Positions 46,684 through 60,396 of a stretch of 64,000 nucleotides of DNA are shown piece after piece. A model generated the notes under the pieces. The model was not told the origin of the DNA and searched no databases. It was given only the letters and a program-made list of their open reading frames with translations. The translations under genes were made by a program, and so were the position numbers. Every line of letters starts with the position of its first letter. Position 1 is the stretch's first letter. Location of the stretch: contig NW_019029015.1 of NCBI RefSeq assembly GCF_002105155.1, positions 62,001 to 126,000 of the forward strand, in the 5' to 3' direction. The stretch comes from Lobosporangium transversale. Taxonomy: Eukaryota.

Positions 46684-48140
46684 CAGACGATAGCTTGGAT
46701 GAGATTGTAAAAAACACCAATATCTATGCAATACTTCACCAAGTCGGAGAAGTTGGGCCTCATGAATGGAACCCAATGGTAAGAGCCTCTCTGCTTCACT
46801 TCATTGCGCTCCCGATGTACAGAGGTGCTTACCCCTCGACAAGAATTGAAGACTCTTTCCTTCGCGATAACAATATGCCTCCTATCCAGCCGATAGCCGG
46901 ATATATGATTCTCCATGAAGTGTAACCGATAAAACACTACTTGCGCATTTCAAATGCTCAAGATGTCTCGTCTAGCAGTGTTCAGACTAACTATTGTGAC
47001 AAAGTCCAGCCTCTCCTTCATCAGGCCGACTTCGGAGCCTTTTGGTCTGTTACGTACCGAGGCTTGGGAGTGCACTTCAAGGGCACTTCCGTTTTTATTC
47101 ATAAGATAGCAAGCGCTTGGCCCTCCCTTCCCCCGCCTAGTCTGGAAAAAGACCACCTTGCCTTGCCCAAAGCCTAGGGCCTCGACAAGCTTCGTATTTT
47201 GGCAAGGAGTTTTGCTAATTGACTAACAAACCTGGACAACCAACTGTTTAATGAACTGAATGATTCCATTAAAAATCCTCGGATAGACTTTTCACTCTCT
47301 TCGACTTTGAAGGAGCCTGAGAGGAGGAGAGGAGGAGAGGAGGAGGAGGAGGACACACGCACGCGAACATCTCCTGAACCTTATTTTTTATTCCTCATGG
47401 GTGTTTCATTGCCATCAAGTCGTGCGTCTCACCTGCAGGGCATTCCAGGCCTGTAGCCTTCTCCATTTACAGTGCCACTGATAATGTGTGCAATAATATT
47501 TCAAAAAAACCGTTGGCGAAAGGACAGGATGGTTGAAAACACTGGTACTCAGGCGAAGCTTTTGTTGTAAGGACAAAAGCTGCATTTATACCCTGGACAA
47601 TTGCATGAGGCGCACAGACGTGGAGTGGAGGAGGTGTTGGGCGGAATAGTTTTTTAATTAAGGACTTTTTACACCACTGTGCCGATCGCAGATATATATA
47701 TTAATCAGGCTCAAAGGAAGTGACTTGAAAGAAAGCAAAAATGTGATGATGACGATATTACAGTTTATTGATGAGTGCCACCATTGATCACACGGCTTCG
47801 TGCCATACTTCCGCTACATCGGAACCTGGCCTTCGTACGCATTTGCGATCTTGTAGTAGAATAGAAAAAAAAAAAAAAAAAAAAAAAAATTAAAAGTAGT
47901 GTCACCTAATGGACCTGCTCCAGAATGATGTACGTAGTATGGTTGAGATGTAACGTGGAAAGACTTTCTTTCTAGATGAAGGGAGCACTTCCTGTCTAGA
48001 TCGTCGATTATAATAGGTGACTTCCCATCATCATTGAGGATTGGACGTGTCAATCTACATCAATTATACTCTTTTACTTTTTTTTTTATTTTTTATTTTT
48101 TACTATTGTTTTTATTATTATTATTATTATTATTATTTAA

Positions 48141-48741
48141 TCAAAGCGACAGTTGTCCAGCTTTAATGATGGCTGCCCGCAGCTCATCAAGTCCATCTTT
48201 TGTCCTACTACTCACGCCCAAGACTAAAGGATAGCAGCAGATAGCATCCTTAACCAATTGAGCCTCAACCTCTGATTTAGCTATTGAATATTTTGTCTTT
48301 GATAATTTATCAGTCTTGGTCAACACAACCTGGTATGAGAGTCCTGATTCATCTAACAACTTCATAATCTGGCTGTCGCTGTCCTTGATTCCGTGGGATG
48401 GATCAATTAGGATGTAAATCCTTCTCAAACTTTAAAAAATTATACATGAATTGGGGCGCTGTAGTTAGTAAAAATAAAATAAAAAAAAAATAAAAAAAAA
48501 AAAAAAAAAAAAAAAAAGATCAAGCGTTGAGGCACGCCGCAAGACATATTTCCATACTTTTTACGATGTTGAAGATAATCCAGAATCATGCCTCCCCATT
48601 CATCTCGACTTTTCCAGCCATATCCTGGCATATCCACCAAAGATAGTCTGTCTCCAATCTTGAAAAAGTTCATCATCTGTGTATGGCCCTATTAACATTT
48701 GGAGGATTTGCAAGTGTTACGAGCTGTCTGACACGTAAACG

Positions 48742-48781
<40 letters not shown>

Positions 48782-49588
48782 GGATTCCAATAAGTTACAT
48801 AAAAATGTATCTGTAAGCAAGTCCAGCCATTTGTTTGCTTACAGGTTTACTTGAGGTTTTGACTAGTGCATTCCTGTTCACAAGACCATTGATTAAACTG
48901 GACTTTCCAATGTTACTTCTCCCAATGAATGCAACCTATTGATTATCAATGAATGAAAGCAAAGAAACTGCGTGAATTTTTTTTTTTTTTTTTTTTTTTT
49001 TTTTCATACAACACACGGCTTGCAAGCTTTTGTTTTAGTGTCCATTGTATGTACCTCGGGTATTGAAGTGTTCTCGGGTATCGTAGACAGATTGGTAGCA
49101 CTTTTGACAAACACTGCAGGTAAAAGAAAGAACTTGTGTGCTTTGGATAATTCACTAGTCGTCGCTTTTGGAACAAACGGAAAAGCCTGTAGGATTTTAG
49201 AGAACTTTTCTGGCTCTTCCTTGCTTTTCTTTGTTGAAGTTTTTTTTATAGTGTCCTCTTGATGATAATGCGAATTCGTGGAATTGTTGGTAGTTGCTTG
49301 GGTATCATGGACTTTCCTCTGAGATTTGGAAATTACAGTAGCAGGCATGGACACATTCCTTGTGCGTGTTTCCCTTAAGGCTTTTATTAGTTCTGAACTC
49401 TGTGATTCAATATGATCATTATTGACTGTTGAGATGACAGGTCTTTTTCGAGTAACAGCCCTTGTTCTGATGTTCCGGATAGATATCATGTTTAGCCTCG
49501 TAGAGATCCCGTGCATTGAGCAGTAATATGTGTTCGGCAGTATCCATGTCTGCAAAGTCCTATATACTGTTGGTGCTACGGACGCCAT
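48141..49588 (-). CDS. EngB/YihA-family GTPase (probably mitochondrial, Mrx8-like), 4 exons
   Basis: [40 protein letters not shown]; basic N-terminal extension. Confidence 0.92.
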
Positions 49589-49605
49589 TTCTTCGTTGAT
49601 GCGGA

Positions 49606-49637
<32 letters not shown>

Positions 49638-49845
49638 CCTTTATGAATGAAGAGTTTTTCCTTCGTCACAGGTGCAACTTTCTTTTTCTTTTTAGGGTCT
49701 GATCATCAAAGCCACTGGAAAATGTCAACATCTCTTTCGGGAAACCCTGCATTCAACCATTACATTAACTCCTTTACTCATACCACTCACCCTCGCTTTT
49801 TGATCTTTCAATTGTGTAAATATATTCCTTAAAAACACTTTCACC

Positions 49846-50032
49846 ATGAACCCTGAGACAAAGGAAATCATCCTCAAGGCCACTGATGTCGTCAAGACCG
49901 TTGTCCACTTTGGTTTTATTCCATTCGTGATCTACCTCGGTATGTTTTTGCTGTAATCGACTGTCATAACAGCTCGGCTTTCTCTACAATAGTTGAAATA
50001 AAGAAGGAACCATTGTGCTAATCTATCACTAC

Positions 50033-50066
<34 letters not shown>

Positions 50067-50394
50067 CCTTTATATTGCTTTATATTCATGCGACTATATA
50101 GGATTCACACGGTAAACTATGCGACTTGCTAAAAACCTTTTTGTATCATCACCACACACATACACAAAAAAAAAAAAAAAAACGAGTTTTAAGGGCTGAA
50201 GAAACTTATTCTTCTGCCATGTCAGATCTCTCCCTCCCCAATACTGAAGCGAAAATATTTATTTTTGTTCACTAGAACAGCGACTAACAATAGTTTCCTT
50301 TTTTTTTTTTTTTTCACAACTGTTTATCTTAATGGTGTTTAACAGAAGCGACCCAAAGCCTTCTTTGATCCGTCTTATCCTTCCTTTGGCCTAA
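49846..50394 (+). CDS. TOM7: Mitochondrial import receptor subunit Tom7, 3 exons
   Basis: MNPETKEIILKATDVVKTVVHFGFIPFVIYL|GFTR|SDPKPSLIRLILPLA; exons 49846-49939, 50102-50111, 50346-50394; absent from the ORF track. Confidence 0.92.
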
Positions 50395-51019
50395 AAAAAA
50401 ATACAATATCATTCGACAAGGGAAAAAAAAAGGATGTGAAGGATAGGATCGAAGTTGTGGTGAAAAAACCAGGAAGGGGCCATAATCAGCAGCATTATTT
50501 TTATAGTCAGTAAGCTGGAAGCAGTTGAAGGCTTATTTTTTTTTACGTTATTATGCACCGATGACGCAGTTCAACTTTTTAGTTTGTCTGGTATCGAAAA
50601 CCTATTCTTCCTCTGTCAGATCTACAGGAAGCACTTGTAACTGTTAATAATAGTAATAAAAAAAATAAAAAAAAAAAAATTAAATAGTAGCCGATAAATA
50701 AGCTCGGTGGCATTCCAATCCTCATGGCCAGGATCCACAACAAGCTATAATGCTATACGCTCTGACTTGAAACACTTCTTGGAGTACACCTAGGGCGCAG
50801 CATTTAATCAATTTTGCAATTTTGTCTTTTTTTTTTTTTTTTTATTTTATTTTATTTTATTTTTCCAAGATTAGTTTAATTAATGTTACAAGGATATGGA
50901 TGAAAGTTATAATGATAGCTATGGTTGCATGATGACAATGATGGATAGATGAAGAGAAAACTGCAGAAATAAATAAAATAAAATAAAATAAAATAAATTA
51001 GAAAACAAAATCGAGACCC

Positions 51020-54000
51020 TTATACCACTGGTCCTATTGATTCGCTTGACTCTTCACGATGTCTGAAGAATCGACCAATGGTACTCAATCCTGGCGTCGA
51101 TGTCCCAGATCCAGCAGCCGAAGACACTGCTGAACCACCTCGCAGCATCGAGATGGAACTACCACCTGTCATGGAGCTCGGATTATTAGAACCGTGATGA
51201 TGCATTGCTTGACTCTGTTGTAGCAAAAGTTGACTCGCATGCATAGATGCTTTCCGTTTACGATCCTCTTCGATCTCCTCTAATCGTGACATTGCAAAGT
51301 CAAGCCGTCGCTTTGCCTCCGCTGCTTCGCCTTGTCGTCTCAATTGTACTAATCGCGCACTCTGTAATATTGTCCTTAATGCCCGCGTTTGGAGGCCAAA
51401 TTCGTGAGTCAACACAGCAATTTCACAAATAGCGGGCGCATTATTAGCGTTGAGTTGTTGATAAAGTGCCTGGCGTACAAGTTGCTGCAGTCGTGTAAGG
51501 TCGTAGAAATGAGCAATAAGCAAAAGTCCTTGAAGTGTCTTGAGCTTCAGTTGATGAGGTGTTGACAGCTCGTTTGTATAAAGATATTGGAGGAATCCGA
51601 CCAACAGAGGGGTTGATTCACGAACGAGGATCTCTGCAGGTCGGTCGTCAAGGTACCACTGTTTCGAGGTCAAGTTGTCTTGATCACCTGGAGGATCTGC
51701 TGCTTCTGAAGCTTTCTTCGCAAGTCTTTCGTTGACTTCCATCTTCCAGATCCTTTCTCTTTCCTCCATCAACGCTTGAAAATATCCCCAGCGTTGACCT
51801 ACAATCCCAGAGTTGACTCGTACACGGCCTCCATCCGCAGAACTTACAAGGACAACATCAGCTCCAACTCCGTCCCTTAGCATCTCCAGCCCCATTTTCA
51901 CTCCACTAGGCCCGATGGATGATTCATCCACATCTGGACAGATCTCCAACCCTTCCAGATCAACCTTAATCAAGTGTGAATAAGATGCAACGGTTGCAGA
52001 CGATGAAAAATCTGTTTCAGGGTCGGTATCATCTACTCTTGGTGCTTTAATGTAAGACTCTTCCTCATTAGAGTCCGATGTCCTACGTCCGAAAATGTAT
52101 AGGTAGTTATTCTGACGATCCAGAACAGAATGACTCCATTCCCCAGTACGTAGATTCTTTGACAGCTCTAACTGAGTCCATTGATGATTGTGGAAATGAT
52201 GCATCCAGACTGAGAATGTGTGTCGTCGAGAGGAGGAGGGCAATGAGGTTGAAGACCCTGTAAAATGTCGACCAGAAACATTGCTTGTGGGGGCGCTACT
52301 AGATGCCTGCTCTTGTGATTTCGTATGTCCATCCTCCTCAATCGACGCACCAGAAAGCAAAAAGTAATGATCCACAATCTGAGCCACAGGGAAAAGCATC
52401 TTGGGGGGGACAAGGCCGTCAGGTCCCCCCAACATTCCTGACCCTAAATCTAAAGCTGTCCATTCAGGCCGAATATCAAAAACTACCTTGCTAGAAAAGG
52501 GCCGGTAAGGCCCTTTCGCTGTTTGCACTTTGAAAAATTCTCGTTTGGGTTTGTTTTCTGTTGTCGTGTAATTCGAATAGTAGTAGAGAGGTTGCGAATA
52601 AGGAACTGCTATTGAGCGGGATACAGTTGTCAGGTCCGAGTTTCTGTCTTCAGCCGAATTGCCCGACAGGCTGACAGAGTCTAGAACACTGTCTAGCGAT
52701 CGTCGCTTGTCGCTCTTGTCATCATCCACATCCCTCCAAACCCTTCGACCAGACTTGCTGTCATCTATAAAGCCTGAACTTCTACGGCTTGATGTTGAGC
52801 TAGCACTATTGCTATTACTTCTCCTAATGTTTGGTGTCCTCTCCCGACTTGGTGACACACTCGTAAAGCTATCCTTGCCCCTAGGTGAAGGTGGTACTTT
52901 CTGGTCCCGTGCAATCGTTGTCGCCAAGTTGTCCAAGTCAAAGAGGCTGCTACTTGACTTTGAAAAAAACTTTTTCGGGACCGCATGGGTGATAGATCCT
53001 TGAGAAGTATTTGCTCGCGTATACTTATTAGAGGAAAGAGTATGGGATGAAGAGGCTATAGAGTGAACGATTGAATTAGATCGCGCCCGTGAATCTCTAG
53101 ACCCAGAGCTGATGGAGGAGCTATTAGAGGAAGTTGTTGTCTGTAGTGTAGTGAGCATAGTCTTGGATTTAGAGGCATCAGAATTGTAGGGTACTCTGTA
53201 TAGAGCGTCTTCTACACTGAGCATGGTAGATGAGCCTGTCATTTGCTCCGTGGAAGCGCTGGGTGACTTTGAGACCCGCCTCCAAACGCCGTCGTCCTGT
53301 GTTATTGTAGATAACAAGTCGGCGTCGCTTTTTAACCGTTGGCGTTGGTCCGGTGACATCGTGTTTAGCTCGAATGGATGACCTTCTCCGCGGTGCCATG
53401 AATTCTTCCGTGGGTTCAACAATGGATTCAACATAGCTGATGGTGAGACAGGAGTGGTGGATAGTTGTCCATAGGGTGATGGTCCAGATGCCGAGAGACT
53501 CTGATGAGTAAGAGAGCTTGATGATGACACAGTCGATGATGGACGGGACTGCAGAGACATGCTCTCGGCTGCAAGACACTCTAGATAACGCCGTCTTCTT
53601 CGTGTCATCGGTCGCTCTTCGACACTGGCCAAAGCCGAACGGCCATATGAGGGTTGTCCTTGAAATTCGCCGCCCGCCATCCAGATATGGGTCTTGAGGT
53701 CTAGAACACAAATATCCTGTAACTGTTCGTTATTGGATCCACGTCCACCTACAATAACCATACGATCGCCTGTCAGCGAAGCGACGTGTGCGAAGCGAGC
53801 TGCTGGTGTATAGTGACGATATGGGTCATGTTGTCTAGATCGATTAGTTGGAGATTGGTCCTCCTAAAATATCAAACAAGAGGGGGAAAGAGGGGAAAGA
53901 GGGGAAAGAGGGAAAAGAGGGAAAAGGGCGTTAGCGTAAAATCGTAAAAGCACAGATGACAATGCAATACTGAAATCTGTCCAGTCCCGGAGCTGAGGCA

Positions 54001-55453
54001 CTGCTGTCACGTCTTGCTGCAAGTGGAGCCCACGCTTGTGTCACAGCAGACATTCCTTTTGACCTGTCATCATGCATGGTTATGAAATAACTACACCAAA
54101 AAAAAAAAAATCGGAAAGGTGCTCACCTGTGACCGAAGATGGATGAACGATTCTGAGAATACATCATCAGAGACAAAACTGAGTTGATCCATTGATCCTC
54201 GCCTCGAATTCTCACGACTCTGTTTTTGACGTTGACTTTCCTCTGTATCAGTGGAGATGGCTAAATTTGTAGAGGAAGGGCTATTGAAGCCTGAACTGAG
54301 ACTCGATGGGATCCATTGCAGTGTGTTGAGATCTAGGATATGTGTATCATTAAGGCACGTCTCCGAGTCGTTAATGGCGTTATCTTTGGTCTCGTCACTA
54401 TTTTTACTGAGACAGCGACCGCCAAAAATAATCATATGAGCTGTATCCTCTCCACCCCATCCTATGAGCGATCCATTAATGTCGAGGAGTGGTGGTGCCA
54501 CCACTAGGACGGCTGAATGGCAATATCGTGGCGAAGGTATAGATGAGGACGAATCTATAACAGAAAAATAAATAATAACAGCAATAAAAAAAGTGAGCAT
54601 CTTCCGTATTGCACCACTTTTGGCTAGCGATTCTATAAGGAAGTGAATTACCTATAGTATTTAGCTCAGGCGATGGATCTTCCGATAGTTGAACGTGTGG
54701 TGTTTGCATTCGATCTTCGGATGGAGGTGATTGTTGCTGATCATCACCTTCAGAATCATCTGACCGATCAATCATCCGCTGTCTATGTAGGGACTGCTGT
54801 CGCTGCTGATCCATGAGGGTCCATACCAGCGTGTCCAGGTTAAGGACATAGAGATCATTGGTGGGATCCTTGCCGATTGGCCGGCCACCAAAGAGGTACA
54901 TGTGTCCATTATATATAACTGATGCTGATCCGATTAAAGAGGGAGGGACCTGACCCGTGGTCTGGACAAGAATGGATGTGCGATCCGATAATGTGTAGGT
55001 CTCTTTCTCTGGAGCAGCAACGGAGAGACCAGTAGCACTGCTCCTGTTGCTACTAATACTATTAGGCGGGACAGAATGATGGATGTGAACCTGACCAGGC
55101 GTTGTGGGTACAGAAGAGCTACGAGCTGCGGCACTCAGAGGATTCCTTGGGGTATCGTATGCAGTGCTGTTGAAAGCTGTAAAGGTTGGGGTTGATGGCA
55201 TGGTCAGCGTTGGAAAGCTCATATGGCCATGGCTTTGGTTCCGACGATGGTTGATGGTAAATGTAACAGTGGTGTTGATAAGCCGCTTTGGTGAGGCAGG
55301 GGAAGATATAGAATCATGGCAAGGCGCGTCTGACCCAGTGGTGATATTAGTTTGATTTGAGACAGGTGGTGTTGATACTACTGAGGTTGACTCATGATCA
55401 CCCCTAGCTTCATGCACTGAATCCACTGCGTTGGATGGGGTTGGTGCAGCCAT
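51020..55453 (-). CDS. Kelch-repeat plus C-terminal BTB protein (Mds3/Pmd1/Ral2 type), multi-exon
   Basis: TTGQVPP, MYLFGG..NDLYVLNLDTLVW, PSPRYCHSA, MIIFGG, MVIVGG Kelch repeats; BTB-like ADVVL..RWGYF..FLQYLYT..LLIAHFYDLTRL. Confidence 0.85.
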
Positions 55454-55912
55454 ATAAGCAGTATCTAACGAGAGGGTCCTATCAATCCTCAATAATTATG
55501 AGAGAGGTTTTTTAATACGATGTGTCTGAATGTATGAGAGGTGTGCACAAGTGTGTAAAGGTAAAAGGTCTGTAAAAGTGTGAAGGTACAAAAGTGTGAT
55601 GTGAAGGGAGGCAAGGGGGTATGAGGGAACAAAGGGGTAATGGTGTAAAAAAAAAAAAAAAAAAAATGAATGTGTAGCCTTTTGTAAGATTGGGTAAATT
55701 GAGGAGACAAAAAAAAAAAAAAAAGTCGAGTCAAAGGTTGAATTAGATTACGATGATGAATGACAGGAGGATGGCGATTGACGTTTTTGCCGGAAAAACA
55801 AAAAAAAGGGGGAGGAAAAGAAAGGATTAGACAATCAAGACGTTGACAACACAAATGTACAAAAGAGGAATGATCATTACAATCATTACAGACTATTCCT
55901 CATGGGAACGTC

Positions 55913-55943
<31 letters not shown>

Positions 55944-57772
55944 AGAAAGGAACACTGTTTGGCTATGCAGTGTAGTTTAGTAAGAGTGAAATAGAACGCG
56001 TGTGGCCGATTTACTACCAACTAGTCAATACGACACCATTCATTCACCCTCACTTCCAATTATATAAATGTTTATATAATAGAATACAATATTCTGCGGA
56101 GTAGTAACTGAGGCGTTTTATGAGCAAAGCACCGAAGGAAGAAAAGGAAAAGAGGAAAAGAGGAAAAGAAGAAAGAGGAAAGAAAAACGAGGGAAAAGGG
56201 AAGGAAAAAGGGTAAAAAGGCAAAAAGCGAAAAAAACATGGAAAAGAAAAGAAAAGAAAAGAGGCCCTTATATGTTTTTGCTTTGTTTGCTGCCATGCCC
56301 ATGCCCATGCGATACAATTGCGATGCTAAAATTGTCCCTGTTATAGACATTCTGCATGCTACTGCATTTCATGTAATACCATCAAAACAGTCTTGAGCCT
56401 CCCTTGTTCCACAGAAATGCCCTGATTGCCCAACCAGTTGCGAATCGACACGGTCTCATGCACTGCCCATCTCAGTGGCGATCCTACAGTCGAAAGCAAA
56501 CAGCGGCGCTTCTTTTTTTACTTCTCCAAAAGTGAAAAGAAGAACAGGATTCTCTTGTCTCCGCTGTCTCGCCCTCCCTCCATCAAGCATTTGCCAATCC
56601 CAGATCTACACAATATTGTTCTTATTTCTCTTACAAAAGCATTTTACACATAAACCGTAGGAACATGTCGCATTTCATGTCATCTTACATGGACAATTGG
56701 AGGTTTGGTGCATCCAAAAATGTTTACGATAGACAAAGTAAAAACCACATTCCAGATGGATGGATGTTTCTCGATTTAAAATAAAAAAACCTAAATATTT
56801 TTAAGTCTGTACACATGTAAAAAAAAAAAAAAAAAAGCTCTCATTCTCTTACTGTCTCCCTTTACCCTCGCCTTGCGTGGAAATCCTATTGTTGAGGGCC
56901 CAATTGCTCTTTTCTCAGTTTCTCAGTGCTCCTCAAGTTTGTCCCTGCCTATTCATGTTTAAGGAAAAAAGAATAGAAGAATGATGCTCTCGAGAAAAAA
57001 AAAATCTATTTGTTTGATTTATTTATTTTTGTGTGGCCAAGGGAACCCAATGTTTGGGATAAGAGTCGTTTACTTGGAAGATAGAGGGGGCTTCATCTTT
57101 GTCGTTCCCTTTCTACGAGCACATGTACTCCGCAAATGCAACATCAGTAATTTTTGTTTCTTGTGTCAATCCGAGGGCTTCAGATAATTTTGTGGCGAGA
57201 ACATGCTGGCACTAAAAAAAACAAAAAACAAAAAAACAAAAAACTATACATGAACAATGATTGATCAGCCCCAAAGCATATTCAAAACAGCATTCCAGTA
57301 CTTATCAATGATGCAGTTATTCCAATTAACCACAAGATCATTTATATATACCGTGATGGCATCGCTCATAACAACTAACCACGATAAGCATAAAAAGGGC
57401 ACCGGTTAAAATCATAATAAATTGTTTCATCACCAAGAATGACCATGTGAATACCAGGAAAAAATATAAAATAGAGCTATTTTATGTACAAATACCACAT
57501 CTTACCCTGGATAAATTGATCACAAGTACAATAACGTTGGGTTGGTCTGCAGGTCCTTATTACTCCCGATCCAAGATCCTTGACCTGCTTATCCATGAAG
57601 AAACATGAAAGATATCAACTACACATATATTTTAAATATATATTTAAATAAATAAATAAAAACAGAATGCCTCTTGCCTTATAGAATGTTCTACGAGATT
57701 CACTTGCAACAACTTTCTCAACTAATGTTTGACACCATGATAGAGGACCAACAAAGAAAATAGCGACAGATC

Positions 57773-57803
<31 letters not shown>

Positions 57804-58476
57804 TGCGTATAATCAGCAGCAGCATTCTATAGCTCCTCAACGTTCAAGAACGACCAATTAAATAAATGATATTGAAATGAACCAGAATTTGGGATATCCA
57901 GCAGACGTAATGCACCCATCACTGACGAATTGGTGAGATCTCCTTGCGAACCATACAAATGCATCAAGGCAATCAAATGATCATTTGTCACTGTTTTATT
58001 TCAAAATAACCAATTAGTTTGGATCATCCAAGAAAAAAAAACACCTTGTTGCCTGTGTTAGAAAGCAACATCATCAACTTGCATTCCTTCTCATCAGCAA
58101 TGGACTGGATAAGAGTATTTAACGTTTCCACTGCTAGTGGCTCCATGAACTAACGCGTTTTGATCGATCAATGCTCCTCAATCAGTCAATAACTTATTTT
58201 TTTATGTTTGGTGGCAACACGCACGTGATACGTCCGAATATGGTGGGAGGAAACTGCTCTCTCTCAAAGCAACAAAGGTCAAAGAAGTGGGCCAATGTAG
58301 GCGTCTTTTGAGGCCGCCGCCATGCCAAGGATGATAGAATCTCATCAAGAATGGGATGACAAGGTTGATATTTCAAGACAGATATTATTACTCAAGGGTT
58401 CGCAGAGATATTAAATCACGTTTACAGATCAACTGAAATGTTAATAGGAGATTTATTGAAATTCTCAAGAAGATGC

Positions 58477-60268
58477 TTAACGGGAAGTGTTTGCAATAGC
58501 GACCTTGGCACCCTTGGCGCCTTGCTTGGAGAGCTTAGGCTGGCCACGAGCAGCGCTGGAGGCGTTCTATTGTATAAAGAGTGTTTAACAAAATTGAGTT
58601 AGTTTTTTTTTTTTTTTTTTTTTTTTACTTGAAAAAACACTATGCCGCCTTCACATCTGGTACTCACCTTGGCTTTCTCAGCCTTCTTCTTGGCATCCTC
58701 AGCCTTCTTCTTCTCCTTGCCCTCACGGACAGAGGCGGCACGGGCGGCAGCACGGACCTCAGGCTTCTGGTTGCGCTTAGCACGAATAGCCTCCCAGGAG
58801 GCACCGACAACAGCACGCTGGTGCTTGACAGTGCGGCGGGTGCGCTTCTTGGCAACCTCCTCAGAAATACCCTTCTTGTGCATGCGGCGGAAGAGGACAG
58901 TCCAGGAAATCTTGCGAGGGTTCTTGCGCTGCAAGAAAAGGGACTCTGCCTTTCCGTTAACAAACCGGAATGACTATTAAAATAAATAGACAAAAAAAAG
59001 GACATCAGTCAATCGATTTTCTGTTACTCCAAACATTTTCTCCCTTTTTGTCGTCGTCAGTCGTTGTGCTTCACAGTATATGCCAACTTTTTTAAATAAT
59101 ATCCATAATGTCGTTCAGTTTCGAGCAAATCCTTTCTAAAGCTGGATGATGAATGATGCACAGACAATGATCCTAACGCAATCCTGAGTTACAAATGGCC
59201 AAAAAAATAAATAAAAAAGGACTGACTTCTTTATCGCTTTTTTTTTTTTTTTTTTTTTTTTTGCTTCCTTGCTTCCTCCTTTCCTTGCTTTTTGAGGCGA
59301 TACAGTATTCTTTCAGTTTTGTCCATTGAGTTTTGAGAAATCTGGTGCTTTTTTTTTTTATATTATCTCTTTGTGATTGATAAAGACAGTCGTTTGTTCA
59401 ATTATTTTTCCCTCTCTTTCTTGAGGAGCGAAGTTTCTAATAGTGTCCTGAAAGAGAAAGTTGAAGGTTACATACCCTGCTGTCGACACGGACATAGATC
59501 TTACCCTTACCAGGGTAGATCTTGGCTCCAGAGAAGGCACAAATCTCGATCCTGATTTAATAGTGATGAATGAAAAAAAGAAAAAATAAGACAAATTCGT
59601 CAGCATGGATTTGTAACAATAGTTTGACAGTGGTGTGAATGAGTTGTTCCCATCGCTCTTAATTGATTCTGTCACTTTTTTGCTGCTGTTGTTTTTGCCG
59701 TTATGATAATCTTTGATTGTAGCTGAAGAAAAAAGTGATTGTTCCATAATTGCTCCTGCTGCAGCTTCAGGTTTAAATATTGGCTTCGTTTCCTTTGTGA
59801 ATACAACCCTTTTTTGATAGTAAATGGTTTGATTTGTTGGAGATTTCCTCTTCCAAGATTCAGTCTGCAACTGGTCATCCTTCAAAGTATGTTAACGCCA
59901 TGTTGCCGTCGCTTGAGTTTTGTAACTTTTTTGTTTGTTTGTTTGTTTGTTTTCTTAATCATGTCTTCACTTCCATGTATGTCTGAACAGTTGCTGGGCC
60001 AAAGTATAATTGATTTCGGTTAAATTCCACGATGGAGTTGTTGAAGTATATTTTCTGCAATGAAGCCCCATCACTATAGCTGGACAAGAAAAATAATGTG
60101 ATGATGGTTGTCACGGATGTAGGTAAAGCTGATAGCGATAACAGTAATAGATGGATTGATGTCTGAATATCCGCCTGTGCATATCTGGTGTATAAATATC
60201 CATCCCGTGTCACTTGTATTTCTCCATTCTTTTTTTTTTAATTTTTATGCCCAGTCCATTTACTTCAT
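58477..60268 (-). CDS. RPL24: 60S ribosomal protein L24, 4 exons
   Basis: ATGAA micro-exon (60268-60264), then [60 protein letters not shown]..|[12 protein letters not shown]. Confidence 0.95.
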
Positions 60269-60365
60269 TTTGAAACTGAGAATAAATCGAAAAAGGAAGA
60301 TCCATTCAAGGACGAGCCTGTGCCATGACTAAAAGTTAAAAATTATTTTAGTGACTGGCATGTCC

Positions 60366-60396
<31 letters not shown>

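Noticed and set aside
46400..47460. Degraded coding-like fragments
   Set aside because: Many stops, strand and family not determinable.
59553..60263. Intronic snoRNA in long RPL24 intron
   Set aside because: No convincing C/D or H/ACA box pair found by eye; needs an Rfam search.
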